A DNA stretch of 64,000 bases from an uncultured Spirochaetota bacterium. Its GTDB lineage: Bacteria; Spirochaetota; Spirochaetia; SZUA-6; Fen-1364. A program made the position numbers and the translations under genes. Below, in pieces: positions 34,962-44,479 of the stretch (its first letter is position 1; the number at the start of each line of letters is the position of its first letter). Location of the stretch: NCBI GenBank assembly GCA_963820525.1, contig CAWGAA010000001.1, positions 2,144,001 through 2,208,000 on the forward strand. Direction: 5' to 3'. The notes below the pieces were generated by a model, which did not search any database, had not been told where the DNA came from, and was given only the letters and a program-made list of their open reading frames with translations.

Positions 34962-36572
34962 TCAGGCGCTCTTCGCGCCGGTGCGTGTGATATGGAAGGG
35001 AAGGATCTTGCCGCTTCGCGTCGGAATCGGGTAGTCCCGCTTTATGCGCAGGGTCCGCGCCTGCCCCCACATCTCGGGGCCCGACTGGGTCCACGATTCA
35101 GGGCTGACGGTGGCGGTCTTGAGGAATCGGATGAAGCTCTTTGCGATCTCCTCCTCGTCCACCTCACCGACCCGCGGGCTTACCAGGAGCTTCAGCCGTG
35201 TGAGGCCGCGCGCGTCCTCCTCTTCCAGCAGCTGGTAGTCGGTGCTCTGGCCGCCGTACTTCCGGGGAAGCTCGCGCTCCACGATCCTGATGAAATCGGT
35301 GTCGACGAACGTGACGCCTTCCCCGGTGAGCTTCTCGTAGCTCCTGATATCCGAGATGTGCGTATCGAAGCCGAGCCGGCCGAAGGGGCAGGAGCACTCC
35401 CCGCTCCACAGCTCGCCGTAATCCCCCATGCCGACGTTGAGCAGGATCTTGGGCGCCTCGTAGAGCAGGGAGGTGAAGAGGAAGGAATCCACCTCCGTGT
35501 CGCTGTGCTCCACCCGGAGGCGGTGCGGGATGATCGCCGTGGTGTCCTTGAGGATGTGACAGTGGTCGCTCGAGGGGTAGGGGCTGTCGCATCCCGCCGC
35601 GATCACCCCCGCTTCAGAGATCCCATAGATGGGCACCGCGATCGCCCCGGCGGCCTCTATCTCGGCCTTCTTCTGCTGGGTGAGCGGCTCCCCCGTTACC
35701 AGGAAGCGCGTGCCGTTGATCCTGAGGCCGTTCTCGGCCGCGGCCATGCAGACCCGCACGGCGGAGCTGGCAAAGGTGTAGATGACGCAGCTGGGGTTTT
35801 CCTCCAGCGCGCGGGAAGCCCACAGTGCGATATCGTACGCGTCGTTGAGCCCCACGAACTCGGGCCGCGCGAGGGGCACGCCGCTCAACCTGCTCATCAG
35901 GAAGATGTAGCTCACCCCCAGCCTCTTCTCCCAATTCACCTTCATGTGGCTCTTCTCCACCTGGGAGAACCACTTGCGGGGAGGGTTTCCGATGTGGGCG
36001 AAGCGCAGGGAGGAATTGATCCCCGGCGCGCCGGGGAAGACGGGAAACCAGTTGGCGATGGGAGCCGTGAGGGCGCCGTGGACATTGAGGATGAACGCGT
36101 CATAGAGAGAGCGTTGGGTGAGATAGTCGAAGTCGATGCGGACCCGGGTCCCCGCGCTGCGGGTGGCGCCGCTTCCCACCTCATAGGCCGCGGAGATGAA
36201 GGGGTTGTCGAACGCCTTCTCTTCGAGGCGGAAGCGCAGGCCGTCCCGCACGACCTCGAATTTCCCCTTGAACTCGTCCACGGTGTAGTACACCCCGTCC
36301 TTTCTCAGGGTCTCGAGGGCTCCCTCGATTCCCGCGTGCTCCACCCAATGGGAAATTTCGGTCATGCCGATCTTCTTGGCGGCGAGGAGGGGCAGGTAAG
36401 GACTTTTCGGATAGCCGAAAACTCCCTTCTCCATCAGCCTCAGGAAGTTCTCCTGGCGGCGGGCGATCCGGTCCGTGAACGCCGCCCGCGCCTGCTCCAG
36501 GGCCTGCTCCGGCGTGGTTCGATCCCTCAAATACTTCATGAGGCCGAAAACGAATCTCGAGTACTTGCGCAT
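34962..36572 (-). CDS. Divergent adenylate-forming (PaaK/GH3-like ANL) ligase
   Basis: P-loop-like GSGATRSAG, YGISEAG, NVGMGDYG, IRSYEKLTGEG. C-terminal TRSGKILP carries the ANL Lys. Confidence 0.65.
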   Translation of the reverse strand: MRKYSRFVFGLMKYLRDRTTPEQALEQARAAFTDRIARRQENFLRLMEKGVFGYPKSPYLPLLAAKKIGMTEISHWVEHAGIEGALETLRKDGVYYTVDEFKGKFEVVRDGLRFRLEEKAFDNPFISAAYEVGSGATRSAGTRVRIDFDYLTQRSLYDAFILNVHGALTAPIANWFPVFPGAPGINSSLRFAHIGNPPRKWFSQVEKSHMKVNWEKRLGVSYIFLMSRLSGVPLARPEFVGLNDAYDIALWASRALEENPSCVIYTFASSAVRVCMAAAENGLRINGTRFLVTGEPLTQQKKAEIEAAGAIAVPIYGISEAGVIAAGCDSPYPSSDHCHILKDTTAIIPHRLRVEHSDTEVDSFLFTSLLYEAPKILLNVGMGDYGELWSGECSCPFGRLGFDTHISDIRSYEKLTGEGVTFVDTDFIRIVERELPRKYGGQSTDYQLLEEEDARGLTRLKLLVSPRVGEVDEEEIAKSFIRFLKTATVSPESWTQSGPEMWGQARTLRIKRDYPIPTRSGKILPFHITRTGAKSA

Positions 36573-36639
36573 TTTCCCTTTCCTCCAAAATCGATCCGCA
36601 GCCGCCCGCGGAAGTGCGAGAGTGCCCGGCGGGATCAGC

Positions 36640-37845
36640 CTAGGATCCGAAACGGATGGCGTTGGTGAGCTCGCGGACCTTCTCGATCGTGTTGTGCATG
36701 ATGCGGTTCACGATCGACTTGGTGAGGGACTCCACCATCCCCTTGGCCTCGTCGGGCAGGGCGCTGCCGGTGGCGAAGGATGCGAAGCCCTCCTGGCGGA
36801 CGTTCTCCGCCATGTCCTTCAGGGAAAGGATCACGGGGGCCAGGTCCGCGGCGTCGAGCTTCTTCCAGACGTCCTTCACCCTTTCGCCGATCATCCCCGC
36901 CGCCTTTTCCGCCTCCCTCTCCCGGATCGCCCTGCTCTCTTCCACCACGGCCTTCAGGTCGTCGATGTTGTAGAGGTGCACGCCCGGGATCTCTTTCACC
37001 CCCGGGTCTATCGTGCGGGGCACCGAGATGTCGATTATCATGACGGGCTTGCCGCCCAGCGAATCCGCGATGTCGCTCTTTGAAATCACGTAGCCCGGGG
37101 AGGCGATCGAGCTGATCACGATGTCGGTCTTGGGGATGTACTCCGCCGCCTCGTACAGCATGATGGGGGTCCCCTTGATGCTCTCCGCCAGGCGGACGGC
37201 GCGCTCGAAGGTGCGGTTGGCGACGAACACCTGCTTCACGCCGTTGTCCATGAGGTTTCTCACGGTGAGCTCCGCCATCTCTCCGGCGCCCAGGATCAGT
37301 GCCGTCTTTTCCGCGATCTCTCCCAGCGCCCGCTTCGAGAGGGCGACGGCGGCGTAGCTCACCGAGACGTTGGCGCGCCCGATATCGGTGGAAGAGCGGA
37401 CCTTCTTCACGAGGGCGAATGCCTGGGGGAAGAGGCGCTTGAAAACGGGCCCGACGACTCCTGCTTCCAGCGCGATCCGGTAGGCGTCCTTCACCTGCCC
37501 GAACACCTGGGGCTCCCCCACGATCATCGAATCGATGCCCGCCGCCACCTTGCAGAGGTGCTCCACCGCTTCCTCGTTGGTATGGACGTAGAGCGTATCG
37601 TCAATGCACTCCTTCACGCCGTGGAAATCGCAGAGAAAGGAGGCGAGGGCCGAGGGTTCCGCCCCGTCCAGGACGGCGTACAGCTCGACCCTGTTGCAGG
37701 TGGACAGGATCACGCACTCCGCCACCCCCTGCTGCTCCCTGAGGGCGGAGAGCGCCCGGGGGAGCGCCTCATCCTCGAAGGCGAACCTCTCGCGCAGGTC
37801 CACCGCCGCAGTTTTGCTATTCATTCCCAGTACGGATACGATCAT
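36640..37845 (-). CDS. hemA: Glutamyl-tRNA reductase
   Basis: LSTCNRVELY (catalytic Cys), GIDSMIVGEPQVFGQVK, VSVSYAAV, LGAGEMA, ANRTFERA, DISVPRTID, YNIDDL. Confidence 0.95.
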   Translation of the reverse strand: MIVSVLGMNSKTAAVDLRERFAFEDEALPRALSALREQQGVAECVILSTCNRVELYAVLDGAEPSALASFLCDFHGVKECIDDTLYVHTNEEAVEHLCKVAAGIDSMIVGEPQVFGQVKDAYRIALEAGVVGPVFKRLFPQAFALVKKVRSSTDIGRANVSVSYAAVALSKRALGEIAEKTALILGAGEMAELTVRNLMDNGVKQVFVANRTFERAVRLAESIKGTPIMLYEAAEYIPKTDIVISSIASPGYVISKSDIADSLGGKPVMIIDISVPRTIDPGVKEIPGVHLYNIDDLKAVVEESRAIREREAEKAAGMIGERVKDVWKKLDAADLAPVILSLKDMAENVRQEGFASFATGSALPDEAKGMVESLTKSIVNRIMHNTIEKVRELTNAIRFGS

Positions 37846-40060
37846 GCAGTGCCTCTCTTCGCTCGCCGCTGTCATCGGAGCCGGCCATGGCCAATTCCCT
37901 CCAGAAGCGCGCGACGTCGCGCGGGAGGGCGTTCCAGTACAGCCCCGTGTACCTTTCACGAAGGTAGAAAAGAAAATCCCGGTACCACGTGTGCGGATAT
38001 TCGTCGATTTGCCGTCTCTCCCCGTTCAACAGCATGTAATCGGGGTGGGTATTGAGCAGAGCCATTCCCCCTTTTTCGGCAACCCAGTCCAGCTTCTCCC
38101 GCCAGACCCTGGCATCGTGGTGTTGAAGCACCACGAAGAGCGTGCTGTCCTGCGGCAGGGTGTAGGGCAGCTCGACGTATCCCGAGCTGCCGTTCGCCAC
38201 CCACAGGGGGAAGATCGTTCCGATCCCGTCGGGCTGGGGCTCGAAGGGGTCCGTGTCGAACGTGGAGGCGTCATACTCGATCGCCAGGTCCTTCAGCCAC
38301 TCGAGATTGTGCTGCATGGCGGCGGAGCGGAACCCGACGGCGCCCCACTCCCGGAGATACGCGTTGATCCGCGCGGCCCGGGAGGTGAAAATCCGGCGTG
38401 ACTGGTACAGCTTCCCATCATGCGACAGGTCGTGCACGCCGATCTCGAAGCCCTGAGCCGTCAGCTCGGTGCGCACCCGGGGATCGTCTTCATAGCGTTC
38501 GGGAACGAAGTTGAAGGATGAAACGAATCCGAGCTCCTTCTCCATGGCCGCGACATGCGCGCAGCGCTCCACGCCCCGAAGACCCTCCACGTCGTGCGTG
38601 AGAACGAGCGCGAACTTCTTGCCGTCCGGCCACCCCTTCCAGTGGAGCGGCCGGGATTGGGATCGAGGGTCGATGGGCCACACGATGTCGACATTGCGCG
38701 CGACCCGGCGGGCAAACATGCGGCGAACCGCGATCTGCGCGCTTCGGGGGATGAGGGGCTTCATAAAATAGTAGAATCGGCGCGCCAGCTTCCGCCCGCT
38801 GGATGTGGCGCCTGATTCCCGCTTTTCCAGAAGCCAGTTGTACGCCGTGAGCAGGTTCTCCGACACGATCTCCCAGGCCAGCTCGCGCTCCACCCTGGCA
38901 CATCCCCGCTCACCCATGGTTGAGCGGCACGCGGGATCGTCCATGAGCCTGGCCACGGCCTCCGCGTACTCTTCGACATCATTGGGCTTCACATACAGGG
39001 CGGCATCCCGCGCCGTGAAGCGCGTCTCCTTCAGGTCGAAGCTGACGATCGGCTTGGAGTACATCATGTACTCCATGACCTTGATCCAGGTGGAATGATC
39101 GTTGAGGGGGTTCGAGGGGTTCGGGTCCAGACAGATATCGGCCGCGGCGAGATAGTGAAGGAGCTCCTGCCGTGGAATGAGGCCGGTGAAACGCACCGAC
39201 TCCTCGAGGCGGAGGTCCTTGACCAGCCCCTTCATGTCCTCCAGCACGTCCCCCTGGCCAATGGCGATGCACTGGAAATCCTCCCTGCCCAGCCCGTAGC
39301 GGAGGTGGTGCAGAGCGTGGAGCATGTAGTCCAGCCCGTCCTGCGGGCCCATGGTGCCGATGTACACAAGGAGCTTCCTGCCGCCCATCTGCGGGCCGGG
39401 CTCGCGGGAATCGCGCTGGAACTCGAATCGGGCAGGGCCGTTTCGAACGATGAAGATCTTCTCGGGGCCGATCCCCCCGCGTTCCATCTCGATGGCCCGG
39501 TAGCTCTCGTTGGTGGCGATCACGAGATCCGAGTGGCGGATGACGAGCGCTTCGATGCCATGGAGAATCCTGTAGATGAAGTTGCGGCGCACCCGGTAGC
39601 GGGAGAGGTAGAGCTCGGGCTCCAGATCGTGATGATCGAATATCACCTTCTTGCCCAGGAGCCTATAGCCGAGGGAGAGGAGGCACAGGATGTTGGGGGG
39701 ATTCGATGAATGGATGACCTGGAACCCGTCGCGCACGGCCACCATGGGGAAGATGAACAGGCACACCAGGGCGAAATAGAAGTACTCCACGATGTAGCCG
39801 AACGCGGAGAGGGCCCGATAGAAGAGCACCCCCAGCCGGGAGGTGCTTCGCGTGCTCTTCTTGAACAGGTTGATCATGGGCATTGTATAGACGGTGATGC
39901 CCCGAACGACTTCCCTTCCCAGGTTCCCGTGGGGGCTCAAGGCAAGGACGCTCACCTTGTACCCGTTGTCGGCGAGCTTGAACGCCTCCTTGCTCACCCG
40001 CGGGTCCGCGAGGAACGGCTTGTCCACGAACATCAGGACTTTTCGCGAACTCTTTTTCAT
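37817..40060 (-). CDS. GT4 glycosyltransferase fused to polysaccharide deacetylase-like domain
   Basis: GT4: DPRVSKEA, FDHHDLEPELY, GPQDG, IKVMEYM. C-terminal domain: WPDGKKFALVLTHDVE, EIGVHDLSHDG, GFRS, ELPYTLPQD, LNTHPDY. Confidence 0.88.
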   Translation of the reverse strand: MKKSSRKVLMFVDKPFLADPRVSKEAFKLADNGYKVSVLALSPHGNLGREVVRGITVYTMPMINLFKKSTRSTSRLGVLFYRALSAFGYIVEYFYFALVCLFIFPMVAVRDGFQVIHSSNPPNILCLLSLGYRLLGKKVIFDHHDLEPELYLSRYRVRRNFIYRILHGIEALVIRHSDLVIATNESYRAIEMERGGIGPEKIFIVRNGPARFEFQRDSREPGPQMGGRKLLVYIGTMGPQDGLDYMLHALHHLRYGLGREDFQCIAIGQGDVLEDMKGLVKDLRLEESVRFTGLIPRQELLHYLAAADICLDPNPSNPLNDHSTWIKVMEYMMYSKPIVSFDLKETRFTARDAALYVKPNDVEEYAEAVARLMDDPACRSTMGERGCARVERELAWEIVSENLLTAYNWLLEKRESGATSSGRKLARRFYYFMKPLIPRSAQIAVRRMFARRVARNVDIVWPIDPRSQSRPLHWKGWPDGKKFALVLTHDVEGLRGVERCAHVAAMEKELGFVSSFNFVPERYEDDPRVRTELTAQGFEIGVHDLSHDGKLYQSRRIFTSRAARINAYLREWGAVGFRSAAMQHNLEWLKDLAIEYDASTFDTDPFEPQPDGIGTIFPLWVANGSSGYVELPYTLPQDSTLFVVLQHHDARVWREKLDWVAEKGGMALLNTHPDYMLLNGERRQIDEYPHTWYRDFLFYLRERYTGLYWNALPRDVARFWRELAMAGSDDSGERREALHDRIRTGNE

Positions 40061-40067
40061 GTCACCA

Positions 40068-41375
40068 TCACCAGCAGATTCCGTCGTAGCGGGTCGGCAT
40101 GACCTGCTCGAACCGCGGCGCGCTCACGAGGTCCACCACGCGCACATGGCCGTTGACGCCGGCGAGCACCTCCTCGGGATTTTTCGTCTTGCTCCCCAGA
40201 ACGATCACCTCGGACTCCTTCAGCGTCTCCGCCAGAGATTCGCGCAGGAGCTGCGAAATGTGGGGGATCACCTTCTCGATATAGCGTTTGTTGGACCCAT
40301 GGAGGCGGGAATAGGAGACCTCCTCGTCGAAGACGGAAACCTCGTACCCCTTGCCCAAGAGCTTTTCGATCAAGTCGACCATGGGGCTCTCCCGCAGGTC
40401 GTCGGTCCCCGCCTTGAAGGAAAGCCCGATGATCCCCACCTTCTTCTTGCGGGTCTTCTTGATGAGCTCGAAGGCCCTCTCCACCTGCAGGTGGTTGCTG
40501 GGCAGGACGGCCGACAGCAGGGGGGTCTCAACGTCGAGCTCCCGCGCCTTGTGCACGATTGCCCGCAGGTCCTTGGGAAGGCACGAGCCGCCGAAGGCGA
40601 AGCCGGGCTTCAGGTACGTGGGGGAAATGTTGAGCTTCCTGTCCTGGCAGACCAGATCCATGACCTCGCGGCTGTCGACGCCGGCCGCCTTGCAGAGCGT
40701 GCCGACCTCATTGGCGAAGGTCACCTTCAGGGCGTGGAACGCGTTGGAGACGAACTTCACCGTCTCGGCGCTTTTCAGCCCCGCGCGGAGCACCGGGGCC
40801 TTGACGGCGCGGTAGAGGCGCGCCACGACGTCCCCGCTCTTTCCGTCGAGCTGGCCGATGACGGTGAAGGGAGGATCGTAGAAATCCACCACGGAGGTCC
40901 CTTCCCTGAGGAACTCGGGGTTCATGCAAACGCCGAAATCGACTCCCCGCCGCTTTCCCGAGTGCTTTTCCAGGAGGGGGATCAGCACGCCTTCCACGGT
41001 GCCGGGGAGCACCGTGCTCCTCACGTTCACCACGTGGTAATGGCGGCTTGTCGCGAGGAACTCTCCCAGCTGCTGTATCACTTTCTTGACGAACGTCAGG
41101 TTCTGGCTTCCGTTGTCGTTGCTGGGCGTGCCGACGCAGATCAGGGAGACGTCCGCCTCCACGATCGAGTTCCTGCTCGCCGTGAGCCTGCCGGAAGAGA
41201 CCGCTTCCTTCAGCTTCTCCTCGAGGCCCGGCTCCCGGATGGGGCTCTTGCCGGCGTTGATCATGTCGACCTTCAGAGGGTCCACGTCGTAGCCGTGGAC
41301 CGTGTGTCCGTCGCACGCCAGGCACGCCGCCGAAACACAGCCGACGTACCCCAGCCCGAAAATATTGACCTTCAT
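40068..41375 (-). CDS. NDP-sugar 6-dehydrogenase (GDP-mannose/UDP-glucose dehydrogenase, AlgD-like)
   Basis: GLGYVG, CVGTP, RSTVLPGT, NPEFLREG, KVTFANE, LKPGFAFGGSCLPKD, FKAGTDDLRESP. Confidence 0.93.
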   Translation of the reverse strand: MKVNIFGLGYVGCVSAACLACDGHTVHGYDVDPLKVDMINAGKSPIREPGLEEKLKEAVSSGRLTASRNSIVEADVSLICVGTPSNDNGSQNLTFVKKVIQQLGEFLATSRHYHVVNVRSTVLPGTVEGVLIPLLEKHSGKRRGVDFGVCMNPEFLREGTSVVDFYDPPFTVIGQLDGKSGDVVARLYRAVKAPVLRAGLKSAETVKFVSNAFHALKVTFANEVGTLCKAAGVDSREVMDLVCQDRKLNISPTYLKPGFAFGGSCLPKDLRAIVHKARELDVETPLLSAVLPSNHLQVERAFELIKKTRKKKVGIIGLSFKAGTDDLRESPMVDLIEKLLGKGYEVSVFDEEVSYSRLHGSNKRYIEKVIPHISQLLRESLAETLKESEVIVLGSKTKNPEEVLAGVNGHVRVVDLVSAPRFEQVMPTRYDGICW

Positions 41376-41377
41376 CT

Positions 41378-42553
41378 TCACTCCTCCCCAAACCGTGAAA
41401 TGAGAATGTCCGCGATCCTGACAGCCGCCTTCCCGTCCCAATAGGGCGGGGCCGGGGGGGCTTCGACCATCCCCCGGGCCAGCTGGGAGATCGCGGCCGC
41501 GACGATCGGCTCCCTGCCGGTCCCCGCGATCACGTTCGTGCCGCGGCTCACCGTCACGGGGCGCTCCGTGGAATCCCGCAGCGTTACGCACGGGACCCTC
41601 AATACCGTCGTCTCTTCCTGGATCCCGCCGGAATCCGTGAGAACCACCCGCGCGGCCGACATGAGCTTCAGGAAATCCAGGTAGCCCAGCGGCTCGATGG
41701 CATGAATTCCCTCGAGGCATTCCGCGCCGCCGGAGGAGAGATCTCCCCAGCCGAGGAGCCGCTGCAGGCCGAAGGCTTCGATGCGGGCCCGCGTGCGGGG
41801 GTGTATGGGAAACACGATGGGAAGCTCCCGCGCCACCTGGGCCAGGGCTTCGAGGATCCCGCACAGCGCCTCCGCGTCATCCACCGACTCCGCGCGGTGG
41901 AGCGTGAGAACCCCGTAGGGGCAGGGCGCCGAGCCGTTTCGGGCGAGCCCGAGTTGGTGGAGGATCCGCGAGCCCTGCGCCTTCTGCCGATGCGCCAGGA
42001 GCGTGTCGATCATGACGTTTCCCACGAAGTGGATCTTCTCCTCGGCGACGCCCTCACGCCGGAGATTTTCACCGGCGCTCTCCTCCGTGGTGAAGAGGCA
42101 GTCGGAGATGGCGTCGGTGAGGATCCTGTTGATCTCCTCCGGCATCCTGCGGTCGAAGCTTCGAAGTCCCGCCTCGACGTGAACGACGGAGATGCCCATC
42201 TTCACGGCGACAAGCGCGCAGGCAATGGTCGAGTTGACGTCGCCCACCACCAGGACGTGCGTGGGACGCTCCGAAAGGCAAACCTCCTCGAAGCGCTTCA
42301 TGATCTCGGCCGTCTGCGCCGCATGAGAGCCGGAGCCGACGTCGAGGTTGACGTCGGGCTCGGGAAGGCCGAGCTGCTCGAAGAACAGCTCGCTCATCCG
42401 CCTGTCGTAATGCTGGCCCGTGTGAACCAGGATCTGCTCGATTCCTTGTCGGCCCAGCTTCCGCTCCTGTTCTGAAGCCGCGTGCAGGGCCTCCATGATG
42501 GGCCCGATCTTCATGAAGTTCGGCCGCGCGCCCACGACGTTCACGATCTTCAT
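41378..42553 (-). CDS. wecB: UDP-N-acetylglucosamine 2-epimerase (non-hydrolysing)
   Basis: VGARPNFMK, HTGQHYD, GDVNST, HVEAGLRS, PEEINR, TDSGGIQEE, TERP. Confidence 0.95.
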   Translation of the reverse strand: MKIVNVVGARPNFMKIGPIMEALHAASEQERKLGRQGIEQILVHTGQHYDRRMSELFFEQLGLPEPDVNLDVGSGSHAAQTAEIMKRFEEVCLSERPTHVLVVGDVNSTIACALVAVKMGISVVHVEAGLRSFDRRMPEEINRILTDAISDCLFTTEESAGENLRREGVAEEKIHFVGNVMIDTLLAHRQKAQGSRILHQLGLARNGSAPCPYGVLTLHRAESVDDAEALCGILEALAQVARELPIVFPIHPRTRARIEAFGLQRLLGWGDLSSGGAECLEGIHAIEPLGYLDFLKLMSAARVVLTDSGGIQEETTVLRVPCVTLRDSTERPVTVSRGTNVIAGTGREPIVAAAISQLARGMVEAPPAPPYWDGKAAVRIADILISRFGEE

Positions 42554-44475
42554 CTGACGGCGGCCCCCACCGGCCGGCTCGATGCGCCGACCCGGTGCCC
42601 CCGGATGAAGGCATCGTGCCAGAGCTCGAAGGTGAGCAGGGCAAAGAGGATCCGCTTGTTGTCCTCCTGCAGGGCCGCGTGCGAATCGAGCATCTCGTTG
42701 ACCGTGGCGATGTTGAAATAGGTCCGGCATGCCGAATCCGCGGCATTGAGGCGCTCCCGCAGGCTGTCTTTCAGATCGCCGTGAAACCATTCGTCCAGAG
42801 GGGTTCGAAAACCGATCTTTTCGCGCCCGATCACTTCCGGGGGGACCCAGCGGGGGGATACGGCCTTCTTCAACGCGTATTTCTGGGTCAGGCCGCGGAT
42901 CTTGAGCTTCTGGGGGATGCTTTCCACGAACTCCATGAGCTCCAGGTCGAGGAAGGGAACGCGCGCTTCCAGGGATACGGCCATGGACATCTTGTCCCCG
43001 TAGAGAAGGAGGTTGTCCGCAAGCGATGTACGCGCGTCCACGTAGAGCATCCTGTTCAGCGCATCGCAAGGCCCGGCCTCCCTATACCAGGAACCGATGC
43101 ATTCCCGCATCGCCCTGTCATCCGAAGGGCGAAGCCCATCCCGGAAAATCCTGTCCTTGAGCCGTGCGTCGATGACGCCGTACACCTTGATGAGCCTCTC
43201 CAGGGGGTCCATCGTCCCCAGGGATCGGACGGCCCGTTTGAGCTTCTCGTTGCGGGGCAGCCGTTCAGCCAGGGGCGTGATGAGGTGCGTGCGAAGCAGG
43301 GAAGGGATGGCGCGGTAATAGGGTCCGTATCTCTCTCCCATGTGGCGGGAGTAACCGGCGAAGGGCTCGTCCGCCCCCTGGCCGGTGAGAACCACCTTCA
43401 CGCTTTCACGCGCGAGAGCGCACACGCTGTAGTAGGCAAGCGTGGATCCCGTGGCCACGGGCTCTTCCAGGTACTCGATGGAAAGCGGCAGGAAGTCCGC
43501 GTAGGTGGCCGACGAAACCCTCACCTCGTGGTGATTGCTCCCGATTCTCCGGGAAGCCTCCCGGGCGTATTCGAGCTCGTTCCATTTGAAATCGTCCTCG
43601 AAGCCGACGGTGAACGTCTCTATCGGCCCGCCCGACGCCTCGGTCATGATGGCCGCGACGGTGCTGGAGTCCACCCCGCCGCTGAGCATTGCGCCGATGG
43701 GAACATCGGAGACCATCTGGCGCTTCACGGAAGCGGAGACGAGCTCTGAAAGCCTTTCGACGACGTCGCGCTCAGACCAGCGGGAAAGCGGCTCCGGCGC
43801 CGGGCGGGAGAACCGCACCGTCTTCACCCCGGAAGGCGAGCATACCAGCGCATGGCCGGGGAGAAGCTTCTTGATTCCGGAAAACACTGTGCGCGGCGAC
43901 GGCACGTAGCCCAGCGACACGTACTGGTCAAGCGCTTCGCGGTCCACCGCCGGAGTAACATCGGGGCTGCAGAGGATGGTCCTGAGCTCCGAGCCGAAGA
44001 GGAGCGTCGCGCCGTCGTCGCGGTAGTACAGGGGCTTTACGCCGAAGGGATCGCGGGCCAGCACGAGGGTATGGAGGCGCTGGTCCCAGATGGCCAGCCC
44101 GAACATGCCGTTCAGGCGGGCAAGCCCCTCAAGCCCCCACTGCTCGTACGCGTGGATGATCGTCTCGGTGTCCGACGCGGTGGCGAAGGCGTGCCCATGC
44201 GAGGCGAGCTCCCGCCGCAGGTCCTGGAAGTTGTAGATCTCGCCGTTGAAAACCAGCCAGATCCTGCCGTCTTCATTGCACATGGGCTGATGCCCGCCGG
44301 CGAGGTCGATGATGGACAGCCGTCTCACCCCCAGGCCGATCCCTTCGGAGTCGTCCGCGTACAGTCCCTCGTCGTCCGGTCCTCTATGGGCGATGGAGCG
44401 CGTCATCCGCGCCAACAGGTCCCGATCAAAGGGGTGCCGCTCGCGGTAATGGAACCCTCCCGTTACGCCGCACAT
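42550..44475 (-). CDS. asnB: Asparagine synthase-like glutamine-dependent amidotransferase
   Basis: MCG N-terminus, HRGPD, RRLSIIDL, NGEIYN, RDPFGVKPLYY, LSGGVDSS, GQGADE, EARVPFLD. Confidence 0.93.
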   Translation of the reverse strand: MCGVTGGFHYRERHPFDRDLLARMTRSIAHRGPDDEGLYADDSEGIGLGVRRLSIIDLAGGHQPMCNEDGRIWLVFNGEIYNFQDLRRELASHGHAFATASDTETIIHAYEQWGLEGLARLNGMFGLAIWDQRLHTLVLARDPFGVKPLYYRDDGATLLFGSELRTILCSPDVTPAVDREALDQYVSLGYVPSPRTVFSGIKKLLPGHALVCSPSGVKTVRFSRPAPEPLSRWSERDVVERLSELVSASVKRQMVSDVPIGAMLSGGVDSSTVAAIMTEASGGPIETFTVGFEDDFKWNELEYAREASRRIGSNHHEVRVSSATYADFLPLSIEYLEEPVATGSTLAYYSVCALARESVKVVLTGQGADEPFAGYSRHMGERYGPYYRAIPSLLRTHLITPLAERLPRNEKLKRAVRSLGTMDPLERLIKVYGVIDARLKDRIFRDGLRPSDDRAMRECIGSWYREAGPCDALNRMLYVDARTSLADNLLLYGDKMSMAVSLEARVPFLDLELMEFVESIPQKLKIRGLTQKYALKKAVSPRWVPPEVIGREKIGFRTPLDEWFHGDLKDSLRERLNAADSACRTYFNIATVNEMLDSHAALQEDNKRILFALLTFELWHDAFIRGHRVGASSRPVGAAVR

Positions 44476-44479
44476 GGGC

